From: Actinomycetota bacterium | GTDB taxonomy: Bacteria; Actinomycetota; Thermoleophilia; Gaiellales; F1-60-MAGs149 | DNA length: 64,000 nucleotides | Assembly: GCA_009885805.1 (NCBI GenBank) | Contig: VFJZ01000006.1 | Location: 16,582-80,581 of the forward strand | Reading direction: 5' to 3' | Part shown: positions 30,871 to 40,834 of the stretch, piece after piece | Layout of the letters: each line of letters starts with the position of its first letter | Numbering within the stretch: the first letter of the stretch is position 1 | The notes under the pieces: model-generated | What the model saw: the letters and a program-made list of their open reading frames with translations, nothing else | Database searches by the model: none | Told to the model about the DNA's origin: nothing | Translations under genes and position numbers: made by a program

Positions 30871-31818
30871 GTGCTGAGGTTCCTGCTCCGTCGACTGGCG
30901 ATGCTCGTCGCGACCCTGCTCGTGTCGAGCTTCGTCATCTACGGCTCGCTGTACCTCGCGCCCGGCAACCCGATCGCGGCCCTGACCGGCGGGCGCACAC
31001 CCTCGCCGGAGGCGATCGCCATCCTCGAGGCCCGCTACAACCTGGACGAGCCGTTCCTCGTTCGCTACGGGCTGTGGCTGAAGGGGGCGGTGACCGGCGA
31101 CCTCGGCGTCTCGATCCCGCTCCGCCAGGAGGTGTCGGACCTGATCACGCAGCGGGCGGGCGTGACGGCGGCGCTGGTGTTGTACGCGTCGTTGATCATC
31201 CTCGTGGTCGGTATCGGCCTCGGGTTGCTCGCCGGTCTGCGCGCCGGGGCGGTCGATACCACCGTGGTCGTCGTGACGACGATCTCGGCCGCGTTCCCGG
31301 CGTTCGTGGCGGCGATCGTCCTCCTGCTCGTCTTCGCCGTCAACCTCGGCTGGTTCCCGGCTACCGGCGAGGGCGATGGGTTCGTCGACACGATCCGCCA
31401 CATGACGCTGCCGGCGGTCGCGCTCGGCTTCACGTCGATGGCGCTCGTCGCGCGGGTGACGCGCTCCTCGGTGCGCGAGGAACTCGGCCGCGAGCACGTG
31501 CAGACGGCCCGCAGCCGCGGCATTCCCTTCCGGCTGATTGTCCGCCGACACGTGCTGCGCAACGCCGCGATCCCGATCACGACGATCGCCGGCCTGACGA
31601 TCGCGTCGCTGATCGCGGTCGCCGCCGTGGTCGAGCGGGCGTTCGCGATGAACGGCCTCGGCGCCTACCTCGTCACCGCCGCGTCGAACAAGGACTTCGC
31701 GGTCGTGCAGGGCATCGCGCTCGTGCTGGTCGCGGCGTTCGTCATCATGAACACCGTCGTCGACCTGCTGTACGCACTGCTCGATCCACGCGTCAAGGTC
31801 GGGAGCCGCGCCCAGTGA
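30871..31818 (+). CDS. Dpp/Opp-type ABC permease (B)
   Basis: GDLGVS, TARSRG, HVLRNA, LLDPRV. Confidence 0.9.
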   Translation: MLRFLLRRLAMLVATLLVSSFVIYGSLYLAPGNPIAALTGGRTPSPEAIAILEARYNLDEPFLVRYGLWLKGAVTGDLGVSIPLRQEVSDLITQRAGVTAALVLYASLIILVVGIGLGLLAGLRAGAVDTTVVVVTTISAAFPAFVAAIVLLLVFAVNLGWFPATGEGDGFVDTIRHMTLPAVALGFTSMALVARVTRSSVREELGREHVQTARSRGIPFRLIVRRHVLRNAAIPITTIAGLTIASLIAVAAVVERAFAMNGLGAYLVTAASNKDFAVVQGIALVLVAAFVIMNTVVDLLYALLDPRVKVGSRAQ

Positions 31819-32642
31819 GCGTCCCGGGCCTCCGTGGTACCGGCCTGCTCGGCCATGTCTGCGCCGCCGTCATCGTCCTCGCTCTGATCGTCGGTGCGGT
31901 TGGCGCCTGGATCGCGCCGCACGACCCCGACTTCGTCGACCTCGATCTCGCCTACGTCGGTCCGTTCGCCGACCACCTGATCGGGTTCGACGGGCGCGGC
32001 CGCGACCTGCTCTCCCGCCTGCTCGCCGGTGCTCGTACGTCCCTGCTCGGCCCCGTCGCCGTCGTCGCCGTGGCGGTGACGGTCGGAACGCTCCTGGCGG
32101 TCGCGGCGGCCTGGTTCGGCGGGATGTTCGACACCATCGTCAGCGCCGCCCTCGACGTCCTGTTCGCGTTTCCTGGCATCCTCATCGCGATCGTCGTCGC
32201 GGCCGTCTTCGGGCCCAGCCTGCGATCGGCGGTGCTGGCGCTGGCCGTCGCCTACACGCCCTACATCGCCCGGGTCCTGCGCGGCTCGGCGTTGCGCGAG
32301 CGCGCGCAGTTGTACATCGCCGCGCTCGAGGTGCAGGGGCTCGCGGCCGTCGCCATCTGCGTCCGCCACCTGATCCCGAACATCCTCGGGCTGATCGTGG
32401 CGCAGGGCGCCGTCCTGTTCGGCTACGCAATGGTCGATCTGGCGGCGATCTCCTTTCTCGGCCTCGGCGTGCAGACGCCGCAGGCCGACTGGGGTGTGAT
32501 GGTCTCCGAGGGACGAAACGGCGTCCTGCAGGGGTATCCGCTGGAGTCGCTGGCCGCGGGCCTCTGCATCGTGGTGGTCGTCGTCGCGGTCAACCTGCTC
32601 GGTGAGCGGCTCACGGATCGTGCGCAGCGGGGCGCGCGATGA
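31815..32642 (+). CDS. Dpp/Opp-type ABC permease (C)
   Basis: GRDLLSRLLAGARTSL, HLIPN, SFLGLG. Confidence 0.9.
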   Translation: MSVPGLRGTGLLGHVCAAVIVLALIVGAVGAWIAPHDPDFVDLDLAYVGPFADHLIGFDGRGRDLLSRLLAGARTSLLGPVAVVAVAVTVGTLLAVAAAWFGGMFDTIVSAALDVLFAFPGILIAIVVAAVFGPSLRSAVLALAVAYTPYIARVLRGSALRERAQLYIAALEVQGLAAVAICVRHLIPNILGLIVAQGAVLFGYAMVDLAAISFLGLGVQTPQADWGVMVSEGRNGVLQGYPLESLAAGLCIVVVVVAVNLLGERLTDRAQRGAR

Positions 32643-33607
32643 CGCCCCTGCTGTCGATCGATGACCTCACCGTGCAGTTGTCCGTGGAGGGCGACCTGCG
32701 CACGGTGCTGCACGGCGTCTCGCTCGAGATCAGCGCTGGCGAGGCGGTCGGCCTCGTCGGTGAGAGCGGCTCGGGAAAGTCGATGACGGCGCGAGCGGTG
32801 TCGCGGATCCTGCCGTCCGGTGCGGTGACGTTCGGGTCGATCAGTTTCGACGGGCGCGACGTGAGCGCCCTCCGCGGGGGGGCGTTGCGGCAGTACCGCG
32901 GCGAGGTGGCGATGATCTTCCAGGATCCGCGCGCCCACACGAATCCGGTGCGGACGATCGGCGACTTCATGACGGAGGCACTGCGGACGAATCGCGGCGT
33001 GCCGGGCGTGGAGGCGCGGCGGCGCGCGGCCGCGTTGCTGGAGGAGGTCGGCATCACGGAGGGTGACCGGCGGCTCCGACAGCATCCACACGAACTGTCC
33101 AGCGGGATGCTGCAGCGCGTCATGATCGCGACGGCGCTGCTGACCGAGCCGCGCCTGCTGCTCGCCGACGAGCCGACGACCGCGCTCGACGTGACGACCC
33201 AGGCCGAAGTGATGGCGATTCTCGACGACCTCCGCCGTGAGCGTGGGCTGGCGCTGCTGTTCATCACGCACGACCTCGAACTGGCGGGCGCGGTGTGCGA
33301 TCGCACGGCCGTGATGTACGCCGGCCAGATCGTCGAGGTGCAGGCCGCCGGCACCCTCCACGACCGGCCCCGCCACCCGTACACCGCCGCGCTGGTGGCG
33401 GCGCGGCCGCGCATCGACGCGATGGCGACGAGGCTGGCAGCGATCCCCGGCCGTCCCCTGTCGGCGTTCGAGGCGCCCGCTGGCTGCGCCTTCGCGACCC
33501 GTTGCCTGCACGTGCAGGACCGCTGCCGCGAGGCGCGGCCGGCGCTGCGCCCGCTCGGCGACGGCGTCGTCCGGTGTATCCGAGCGGAGGAGCTCGTCGG
33601 TGTCTGA
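32639..33607 (+). CDS. Dpp/Opp-type ABC ATPase (D)
   Basis: GESGSGKS, ADEPTTALD, HPYT, C-terminal Cys motif. Confidence 0.9.
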   Translation: MTPLLSIDDLTVQLSVEGDLRTVLHGVSLEISAGEAVGLVGESGSGKSMTARAVSRILPSGAVTFGSISFDGRDVSALRGGALRQYRGEVAMIFQDPRAHTNPVRTIGDFMTEALRTNRGVPGVEARRRAAALLEEVGITEGDRRLRQHPHELSSGMLQRVMIATALLTEPRLLLADEPTTALDVTTQAEVMAILDDLRRERGLALLFITHDLELAGAVCDRTAVMYAGQIVEVQAAGTLHDRPRHPYTAALVAARPRIDAMATRLAAIPGRPLSAFEAPAGCAFATRCLHVQDRCREARPALRPLGDGVVRCIRAEELVGV

Positions 33608-34373
33608 GGCCGTCCTCGTGGTGACGGATCTCCGCAAGGAGTACGGGACGCTCGTCGCCGTCGACGACGTCTCGTTCCGCGTCGAGTCGGGCCGGTCGCT
33701 CGCGATCGTCGGGGAATCCGGCTCGGGTAAGACGACGGTCGCACGGATGATCATCGGCCTCGAACGGGCGACGGCGGGGACGATCCGCGCGCTCGGCCGC
33801 GACCGCTCCACGCCGGCGCGCGCGGGCGGCGAGCGCCGGCGGCGCGGCGCCGAGGTACAGATCGTCTTCCAGGATCCGTACTCGAGCCTCGATCCGCGGC
33901 AGACGATTGCTGACGCGATCTCGGAGGTGCTGCGGCTGCACGGCGGGCAGCAGACCGTCGGGGAGCTATGCGAGCTTGTCGGGCTCGACGAGCGGCAGTC
34001 GCGGGCGCTGCCGCGGAACCTGTCGGGCGGTCAGCGCCAGCGCGTCGCGATCGCGCGCGCACTCGCCGCCGAGCCGCGCGTGCTGATCCTCGACGAGTCG
34101 GTGGCCGCCCTCGACGTCTCGATCCAGGCGCAGGTGCTGAACCTGCTCGCCGACATCCGCGCGGAGACCGGCGTCTCCTACGTCCTCATCTCTCACGACC
34201 TCGCCGTCGTCCGCCAACTGACGGACGACTGCGTGGTGATGCAGCACGGGCGGATCGTCGAGCGCGGGCCGACCGGGCAGGTGCTCGACCACCCCGCGGA
34301 GGCCTACACGCAGCTGCTGCGCGCGAGCGTGCCGGGACCGGGCTGGAAGCCGGTGCGTCGCGTACGGGTGTGA
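33600..34373 (+). CDS. Dpp/Opp-type ABC ATPase (F)
   Basis: GESGSGKT, LSGGQRQR, ALDVSIQAQ. Confidence 0.9.
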   Translation: MSEAVLVVTDLRKEYGTLVAVDDVSFRVESGRSLAIVGESGSGKTTVARMIIGLERATAGTIRALGRDRSTPARAGGERRRRGAEVQIVFQDPYSSLDPRQTIADAISEVLRLHGGQQTVGELCELVGLDERQSRALPRNLSGGQRQRVAIARALAAEPRVLILDESVAALDVSIQAQVLNLLADIRAETGVSYVLISHDLAVVRQLTDDCVVMQHGRIVERGPTGQVLDHPAEAYTQLLRASVPGPGWKPVRRVRV

Positions 34374-34401
34374 CGCTGTCGGCGGTTGACCGTCCGCGGC
34401 T

Positions 34402-34719
34402 CTACCGCCGCACGAGCGCGTGCGCGTCAACGAGGAGGTCGTCGAGCAGCGCGTCGGGGACGGTGCCGTCGAGCGTCACGGTGATCCAGTGGCGCTTACT
34501 CATGTGGTAGCCGGGCGTGATCGCGGCGTGGTCGGCGCACAGTTGTTCGACGAGCTCCGGCGGCGCCTTGAGCGTCAGGCCGCGCTCCTGCGAGAACATC
34601 GCGAACATCTTGCCGCCGACTCGGTAGACCGCCGTCGCAGGGCCGAACGGGTAGTCGAACGTGGCGCCGCCAAGCTCGCCCGCCAGGGTCCGGAGCCGCG
34701 TCGTGAGGGCGTCGTCTAT
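34402..34719 (-). CDS. MmcQ/YjbR-family protein (start uncertain, possibly ATA)
   Basis: YPFGP...YRVGGKMFA...LKAPP...ITPGYHMSKRHW. Confidence 0.8.
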   Translation of the reverse strand: MDDALTTRLRTLAGELGGATFDYPFGPATAVYRVGGKMFAMFSQERGLTLKAPPELVEQLCADHAAITPGYHMSKRHWITVTLDGTVPDALLDDLLVDAHALVRR

Positions 34720-35474
34720 CAGGCGTAGAGCGGGGACTCGGGGAGGATCTGCCCGCCGTCGACGACGATCGTCTGGCCTGTGATGTAGCTCGCCTCCGAT
34801 GAGGCCAGGAACAGGTGCGCGTGCGCGATGTCGATCGGCTCGGCGAGGCGCCGCATCGGGATCTGCGCCGTGACGCTCTCGAGGTCGCCGGGCGCGAGCT
34901 GCGCGCGCACGCCCTCGGTCAGCACCGTCCCCGGCTCGACGCCGTTCACCGTGATGCCGTCGCCGACGACCTCCAGCGCGGCCGAGCGGATGAAGCCGTT
35001 CAGCGCCGCCTTCGACGCGGCGTAGTGCGTCAGCCCCGGGTAGCCGACGCGGGGGCCGGTGATCGACGTCGTGATCGTGATCCGGCCGCCGTCCGACCGC
35101 CGCAGGTGCGGCAGGCACGCCTGGACGGTGTAGAGCGCGCTGCGGGTGTTGACGTCGAAGACGAGGTTCCAGTCGTCGTCCGTCATGTCGGCGAGCGCGA
35201 CGGACGGGTAGATGCCGGCGTTCTGGGTGAGGATGTCGATGCCGCCGAACGCCGCGACGGCCGCGTCGGCCATCGCCGCCATGTCCGCGCGCGACGTGAT
35301 GTCGGCCGTGCACGCGACACCACCGACGGCGGCCGCGGTCTGCGCAGCGCTCGCGCCGTCGCGGTCGACGGCGAGGACCCGCGCGCCCTCCCGCGCGTAG
35401 ACCTCGGCGATGGCGCGGCCGATGCCGCGCCCGGCGCCGGTGACGACGGCCGCGCGCCCCTCGAGACGTCTCAC
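34719..35474 (-). CDS. Short-chain dehydrogenase/reductase (FabG-like)
   Basis: TGAGRGIG, NAGIYP, SITG, YAASK. Confidence 0.9.
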   Translation of the reverse strand: MRRLEGRAAVVTGAGRGIGRAIAEVYAREGARVLAVDRDGASAAQTAAAVGGVACTADITSRADMAAMADAAVAAFGGIDILTQNAGIYPSVALADMTDDDWNLVFDVNTRSALYTVQACLPHLRRSDGGRITITTSITGPRVGYPGLTHYAASKAALNGFIRSAALEVVGDGITVNGVEPGTVLTEGVRAQLAPGDLESVTAQIPMRRLAEPIDIAHAHLFLASSEASYITGQTIVVDGGQILPESPLYA

Positions 35475-36901
35475 GGCGTGCGCCAGTCGAGCGCCGGCCC
35501 GGCGTGGCGGGCGACGACGTCCATCACCGTCTCGTGCCGCTTCGCGAGCGCGGCGCGGCCGTCGCGCACGACGACGGTCGCCGGCCGCGGCATCGCGTTG
35601 AAGTTCGAGCCGCTCGTGTCGCAGTAGGCGCCGTGGCCGGTGTGGACGAGGAGGTCGCCGACCGCCACGTCTGGCAAATAGACGTCTTCGGCCGAGGAGT
35701 CGTACGCGCACGTCTGCCCGACGACGTCCGCCAGCACACCGTTCGGCGTATCGTCCGCCCGTGTGCAGTGCACGACCTGGTGGGCGACCTTCTGCATCCC
35801 CTTGGCGGTGAACTGCTGCATCGAGGAGTCGCAGGTGATGAACCGGCGCGGCGGGCTCGAGTGGCCGTCCTTGACGTCGGTGACCGCCGTCAGCAGCACG
35901 ACGTCCTTCGCCACCTGGTAGCGGCCGGTCTCGAACTGGAGGATCGGCAGCCGGTCGGCCGCGAACGCCGCCCGCACCGGTCCCGTGACCGCCTCGATGT
36001 ACTGCTCGATCGCTGGCAGCGGATGGAGCGTGCCGTCGCCGGCGTTGCCGGGCGAGACCATGAAGATGCCGTCGCCGGAGGCGAAGCCACCGCCGCAGTC
36101 GATCCGTTCGACGCGGACGCCGAGCGTGCGCTCGATGTCGCGCGCGTACCGGCACAGCTCGGTCATGACGTCGCGGTGATGCCCGGTCTCGATCTCGATC
36201 GTGTAGTCGCCGGCGACGCCAGCGAACGCGAGGTGGTGGTGCAGGCCGCGGAAGGTGAGGCCGGGAGCGTCGCGGACGTAGGCGATGACGCGGTCGGCCT
36301 CGCCGCCCGGCACGTTGACGCCGAACTTGCCCTCCCAGATCGTCAGCGTCGAGGAGTAGCTCGCGTCGTGCGCGATCAGGTCCTCGTAGCCGAGCTGGAC
36401 GCGCACGGTGCAGTCCACGACCGAGCCGGCGGCCACCGCGGCCGCGTTCAGCCGCTCGGCCTCGCCGATCGAGTCGAGGTTGATCTGCCGCACGCCGCGC
36501 TCGGCCGCGAGCCGCAGCATCGCCGGACTCTTGCCGTTGCCGTTGATGACGCAGCGGCGCGGGTCGGCGCCGCACATCAGCGCGATCTCGAATTCCGCCT
36601 CGCCGGTGCAGTCGAAGCGGCCGCCCGCCTGCTGGAGCGTCCGGACGATCTCGAGCGTGTGGTTCGCCTTGATCGAGTAGTGGCACTCGATCGCCGGGTA
36701 GCGAGCCTCCCAGCCGTCGACGAAGCGGCGGTAGTTGTGCTCGATACCGCGCAGCGACGCGACCCAGCACGGCGTGCCGAACGTCTGCGCGACGCGCTCG
36801 AGATCGCAGCCGTCCAGATGGAGCCGACCCTCCCGCGACTCCATCAGCTCCGGCCAGTCCGCCGCTCGCGCCATGGTTGGCTGCCCCTGTCCGACCGCCA
36901 C
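35471..36901 (-). CDS. Fold-type III PLP decarboxylase (LysA/ODC-like, divergent)
   Basis: YSIKAN, NGNGK, KFG, GGGF, ETGRY, GAY, NFN. Confidence 0.82.
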   Translation of the reverse strand: MAVGQGQPTMARAADWPELMESREGRLHLDGCDLERVAQTFGTPCWVASLRGIEHNYRRFVDGWEARYPAIECHYSIKANHTLEIVRTLQQAGGRFDCTGEAEFEIALMCGADPRRCVINGNGKSPAMLRLAAERGVRQINLDSIGEAERLNAAAVAAGSVVDCTVRVQLGYEDLIAHDASYSSTLTIWEGKFGVNVPGGEADRVIAYVRDAPGLTFRGLHHHLAFAGVAGDYTIEIETGHHRDVMTELCRYARDIERTLGVRVERIDCGGGFASGDGIFMVSPGNAGDGTLHPLPAIEQYIEAVTGPVRAAFAADRLPILQFETGRYQVAKDVVLLTAVTDVKDGHSSPPRRFITCDSSMQQFTAKGMQKVAHQVVHCTRADDTPNGVLADVVGQTCAYDSSAEDVYLPDVAVGDLLVHTGHGAYCDTSGSNFNAMPRPATVVVRDGRAALAKRHETVMDVVARHAGPALDWRTP

Positions 36902-37044
36902 GATCTCAACTCCTCTCGGGGAACGCTGGCGACCGTATCAGCTGCTCGGCGCGCTCGCAATCTCCCCGCAGCGCGCGTATGATCGCGCCCGGGAAGAGGG
37001 CGCACGGCGGTCGTGCGCCTGTAACTAGGGAGGTGGTGGTTCCG

Positions 37045-38595
37045 GTGTCTACCGATTTGGGTAGCGATCCTCCGGTCGCGACGGATGAACGCCCGGGCGA
37101 GAGCACGAAACTCGCGTCGAACGCCCTGTCGATGTACGGGGTGATCTTCTGCTGCCTGGCGGGCTCGGCGCCGCTCGCAGCCGTCATATTCAACGTGCCG
37201 TACGCCGTCGGCTGGGGTGGTTCGGCCGGCGCGTCGGCATTCCTGGTCGCGACGATCTGCCTGACGATCTTCACCGTCGGCTACGTCGAGATGGCGAAGC
37301 GCGTCACCGCCGCCGGCGGCTTCTACTCGTTCATCTCGCACGGCTTCGGGCAGGTGGTCGGCCTCGGCGCGGCGTTCACGATCACCGCCGCCTACATCGT
37401 CTTCGCGGCGGCGCAGGTCGGCGTCTTCACGTTCTTCCTGAGCGTGCTGACGGACGATCTCTGGGGCGGCACCCTGCCAGTGCTGCCGGTGATGCTCGGC
37501 GTGCTCGCGCTCGTCTTCACGCTCGCCTTCTTCGACGTGAAGTTGACGGCGAAGGTGCTCGGCGTCGCGATGATCACCGAGGTGCTCTGCATCGTCATCC
37601 TGATCGTGGCCGTGTTCGTGCAGGGTGGCGGCCCCGAGGGCTTCGCCTTCGGCGAGACGTTGAACCCGTTCGACCTGCAGGACAACGCGGCGGCGAACCT
37701 CGCCGGACCGCTCACGGGTGGCTTCGTCGCGGCCTCGATCGGCGTCGCCTTCTTCGGTGCGTTCTGGTCGTGGGTCGGCTTCGAGATGGCGCCGAACTAC
37801 GCCGAGGAGACGAAGGACCCGAAGAAGGTGATGGCGCCGGCCATGTACACGATGGTGATCGGCCTCGGCGTGTTCTACACGCTCGCAGCCTGGGCGATCA
37901 CGTCGGGCACCGGGCCGAGCCAGATCGGCCTCGCGCAGGCGGCGGCCTTCAACGGCGAGATCCCGAACATCATCTACCCGGTCTCCGACGAGTTCGTCGG
38001 CGGCTGGCTGTCGTTCCTGATCAAGCTGCTCGCGGTGACCGGGGACTTCGCCTGCTTCGCGGCGTTCTTCAACACCTCCGCTCGCTACCTGTTCTCGATG
38101 GGCCGCGAGGGGATCCTGCCGCGGGCGCTGTCGCGCACGCACCCGGTGCACAAGAGCCCGTACGTCGCCTCGATCGTCGTCGGCATCCTGATCCTGGCGT
38201 GGTCGATGGCCTTCTACGCCTACGACTCGACCCTGCTCGGCCAGCTGTTCAAGCTCGGCACGTTCGGGCCGATCCTGTTCGTCTTCGGCATCCTCGGCAT
38301 CCAGGCGCTGTGCTCGTTCGCGATCATCGCCTACTTCTGGCGCAAGGATCGCGAGGGCTGGCACTGGTGGAAGACGGGCCTCGCGCCGCTGATCGGCGGC
38401 GTCGTGCAAATCCCGGTCATGTACATCGTCAACCACGAGTCGGGCACGCTCGGCGGCTCGGCGCCGATCCTCACCTACATGGTCTACATCGTCGCCGCCG
38501 TCTTCCTGTCCGGCGTCCTCCTGGCCCTGTACTTCAAGAGCGCGCAGCCCGAGAAGTACGCCGCCATCGGCCGTTTCGTACACGACGAGGCATAG
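37045..38595 (+). CDS. APC-family amino acid/amine permease
   Basis: About 12 TM helices; GSAP, AGGFYSFI, GFE, AEE; RBS GGGAGG; -10 TATGAT near 36978. Confidence 0.9.
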   Translation: MSTDLGSDPPVATDERPGESTKLASNALSMYGVIFCCLAGSAPLAAVIFNVPYAVGWGGSAGASAFLVATICLTIFTVGYVEMAKRVTAAGGFYSFISHGFGQVVGLGAAFTITAAYIVFAAAQVGVFTFFLSVLTDDLWGGTLPVLPVMLGVLALVFTLAFFDVKLTAKVLGVAMITEVLCIVILIVAVFVQGGGPEGFAFGETLNPFDLQDNAAANLAGPLTGGFVAASIGVAFFGAFWSWVGFEMAPNYAEETKDPKKVMAPAMYTMVIGLGVFYTLAAWAITSGTGPSQIGLAQAAAFNGEIPNIIYPVSDEFVGGWLSFLIKLLAVTGDFACFAAFFNTSARYLFSMGREGILPRALSRTHPVHKSPYVASIVVGILILAWSMAFYAYDSTLLGQLFKLGTFGPILFVFGILGIQALCSFAIIAYFWRKDREGWHWWKTGLAPLIGGVVQIPVMYIVNHESGTLGGSAPILTYMVYIVAAVFLSGVLLALYFKSAQPEKYAAIGRFVHDEA

Positions 38596-38600
38596 CCCGG

Positions 38601-39353
38601 TCAGTCCATGAAGGCGCCGCCGTTGACGGCGAGCGCCTCGCCCGTGATGAAACCCGCGTCGTCGCCGCAGAGGAAGGCGACGGCGCGGGCCACGTCCTCG
38701 GGTGTCTCCATCCGGCCCATCGGCGTATCGGCGATCCACAGCGCCGCGACTGCCTCGGGTGTCGAGCCGCGCAGGCCGGCCTCCCAGACGAGTTCGCGGT
38801 CCTGCATCGGTGTCGCGACGTAGCCGGGGCAGACGCAGTTGACGCGGATGTTGGCCGGCGCCAGCTCGAACGCCATCGCCTGGGTCAGCCCGACGACCCC
38901 GAACTTCGACGCCACGTAGTCGGCGAGGAAGGGCACGCGGCCCTGCTTGCCGGCCATCGAGGCGGTGTTGACGATCACGCCACCCGTGCCGAGCCGGATC
39001 ATCGTGCGCGCCGCCGCCTGGCCGCAGAGGAAGACGCCCTTGAGGTTGACCGCCATCGTGCGGTCGTAGTCGGCCTCGCTGCAGTCGACGAAGCGGAGCA
39101 TCTTCGAGATACCCGCGTTCGAGCACCAGATGTCGAGCCGGCCGTGGCGCGCTGCGACGTCGTCGGCCAGCGCCTGGGCGGCAGCGGCGTCGGTGACGTC
39201 GAGCGCCGCCGCCTCGGCGACGGCGGTCGCGCGCGCGCTCGCCTCGTCGATGTCCGCCGCGACGACGGTCGCGCCGCGCGCAGCGAGCTCCCGCGCGATC
39301 GCGCGCCCGATTCCGGAGCCGGCGCCGGTGACGACGGCGACGCGCCCGTTCAT
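38601..39353 (-). CDS. Short-chain dehydrogenase/reductase (polyol/sugar dehydrogenase-like)
   Basis: TGAGSGIG, NAG, ASMAGK, YVASK. Confidence 0.9.
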   Translation of the reverse strand: MNGRVAVVTGAGSGIGRAIARELAARGATVVAADIDEASARATAVAEAAALDVTDAAAAQALADDVAARHGRLDIWCSNAGISKMLRFVDCSEADYDRTMAVNLKGVFLCGQAAARTMIRLGTGGVIVNTASMAGKQGRVPFLADYVASKFGVVGLTQAMAFELAPANIRVNCVCPGYVATPMQDRELVWEAGLRGSTPEAVAALWIADTPMGRMETPEDVARAVAFLCGDDAGFITGEALAVNGGAFMD

Positions 39354-40834
39354 GCCCGGCTCCTCGCCGCGAGCGCGTGCAGGGTTGGCCGCATTTCAGC
39401 GGCGAGCGAGCGGTACATGGCGTAGCCCTCCTCGTAGGTCTGGTCGGTCGCGCGCGGCTCGATCGGCGAGCCGAGTCGGACGTAGCGGTGGATCGCGTTC
39501 CAGTCGGCGTAGGTGCCGACGCCGACGCCGGCGGCGACCGCCGCCCCGAGTGCTGCGCCGGGGTGGTCGACGACCGGGGCGAGGGGCACGCCGACGACAT
39601 CCGCAATGATCTGCTTCCAGAGCGTCGAGCGGCTGCCGCCGTTCGTGACGCGCGCGGGCCCGAGCTGCAGTCCCAGTTCGCGCAGGATCTCGACGTGGTG
39701 GCGAAAGCCGTAGGCGACGGCCTCGAGGCACGCGCGGTGCAGGTGCTCCGGCCCGTGCCCGAGGTGGAGGCCGAGGAAGGCGCCGCGCAGGTCGGGGTCG
39801 TGGAGCGGCGACTTCTCGCCGAGGAACCAGGGCAGGCAGGCGACGCCGCCCGCGCCCGGCCCGACCGCGTCGGCGGCGGCGTCGAGGAGCGCGAGGTCGG
39901 TGCCGCCGAGCAACGTCTGCAGCCAGCGAAGGAGCGAGCCGCTCGTCGCCATGCAGCCGTTCGGCAACCAGCGCCCGGGCGCCGGGTGGGCGTCCAGGTA
40001 GAGGCGGGCGTCGAGGACCGGCTCGGCGCTGACGGCGAGGATGTCGCCGGACGAGCCGAGCTTGACGAGCCAGTCGCCCGGCTCGGCGAGGCCGGCGGCG
40101 TAGGCGGACGAGACGTGGTCGGCGCCGCCGACGACGATCGGCGTCCCCGGCGCGAGCCCGGTCTCGGCGGCGGCGCTCGTCGACACCTCGCCGAGCCGCT
40201 GGCCCGGGTGGACCGGCGGCGGCAGCAGGTCGGGCGGGCAGCCGGCAGCGGCGGCGATGTCGTGTGCTACCCGGCCGTCGATCTCGTACAGCCCGGATTC
40301 GAGGGCCCAGTTGCGCTCGACGTGCGGCGGTGCGCCGAGCCGGCGGGCGAGCCACTCGTACGAGCCGCACACCGCCCGCGTCGCGTTCCACACTTCCGGC
40401 TCGTGGCGTCGCAGCCACAGCAGCGTGGGACCGACCGACTGTTGCGTGAGTCCCGAGCCGGTGCGGCGCACGAAGTCGACGCCGGGGAGCGCCGCGCGCA
40501 GCTCGTCGATCTCGATGCCGGCGCGGGCGTCGTTGTACATGATCGCGCGCCGCAGCGGCCGCCCGTCGGCGTCGCAGCAGATGACGGCCGGGACGAGCCC
40601 GACAACGGCGACGGCGTCGATATCGGCCGCCGACGCCCCCGCCGTCGCCAGCAACTCGGGAACGAGCGCGCAGGTCGCCGCCCACCAGTCGGCCGGGTCG
40701 GCCTCCGCGTGCGCGGGGCCGGGCGCGTGGAGCGGCGTGTCGCGCTGCGCGACGGCGACGAGGCCGGTGTCAGGATCGAGCAGCACCGCCTTCGTCCCGG
40801 ACGAGCCGATGTCGATGCCGCAGAGGAGGGCCAT
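39350..40834 (-). CDS. FGGY-family carbohydrate kinase (xylulokinase-like)
   Basis: GIDIGSSGTK, YNDAR, GGAD, GEKSP, GGSRS. Confidence 0.9.
   Translation of the reverse strand: MALLCGIDIGSSGTKAVLLDPDTGLVAVAQRDTPLHAPGPAHAEADPADWWAATCALVPELLATAGASAADIDAVAVVGLVPAVICCDADGRPLRRAIMYNDARAGIEIDELRAALPGVDFVRRTGSGLTQQSVGPTLLWLRRHEPEVWNATRAVCGSYEWLARRLGAPPHVERNWALESGLYEIDGRVAHDIAAAAGCPPDLLPPPVHPGQRLGEVSTSAAAETGLAPGTPIVVGGADHVSSAYAAGLAEPGDWLVKLGSSGDILAVSAEPVLDARLYLDAHPAPGRWLPNGCMATSGSLLRWLQTLLGGTDLALLDAAADAVGPGAGGVACLPWFLGEKSPLHDPDLRGAFLGLHLGHGPEHLHRACLEAVAYGFRHHVEILRELGLQLGPARVTNGGSRSTLWKQIIADVVGVPLAPVVDHPGAALGAAVAAGVGVGTYADWNAIHRYVRLGSPIEPRATDQTYEEGYAMYRSLAAEMRPTLHALAARSRA

Noticed and set aside
36998-37020. 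Hairpin in the APC permease 5' UTR as a riboswitch
   Set aside because: Leader is short and has no recognisable aptamer motif
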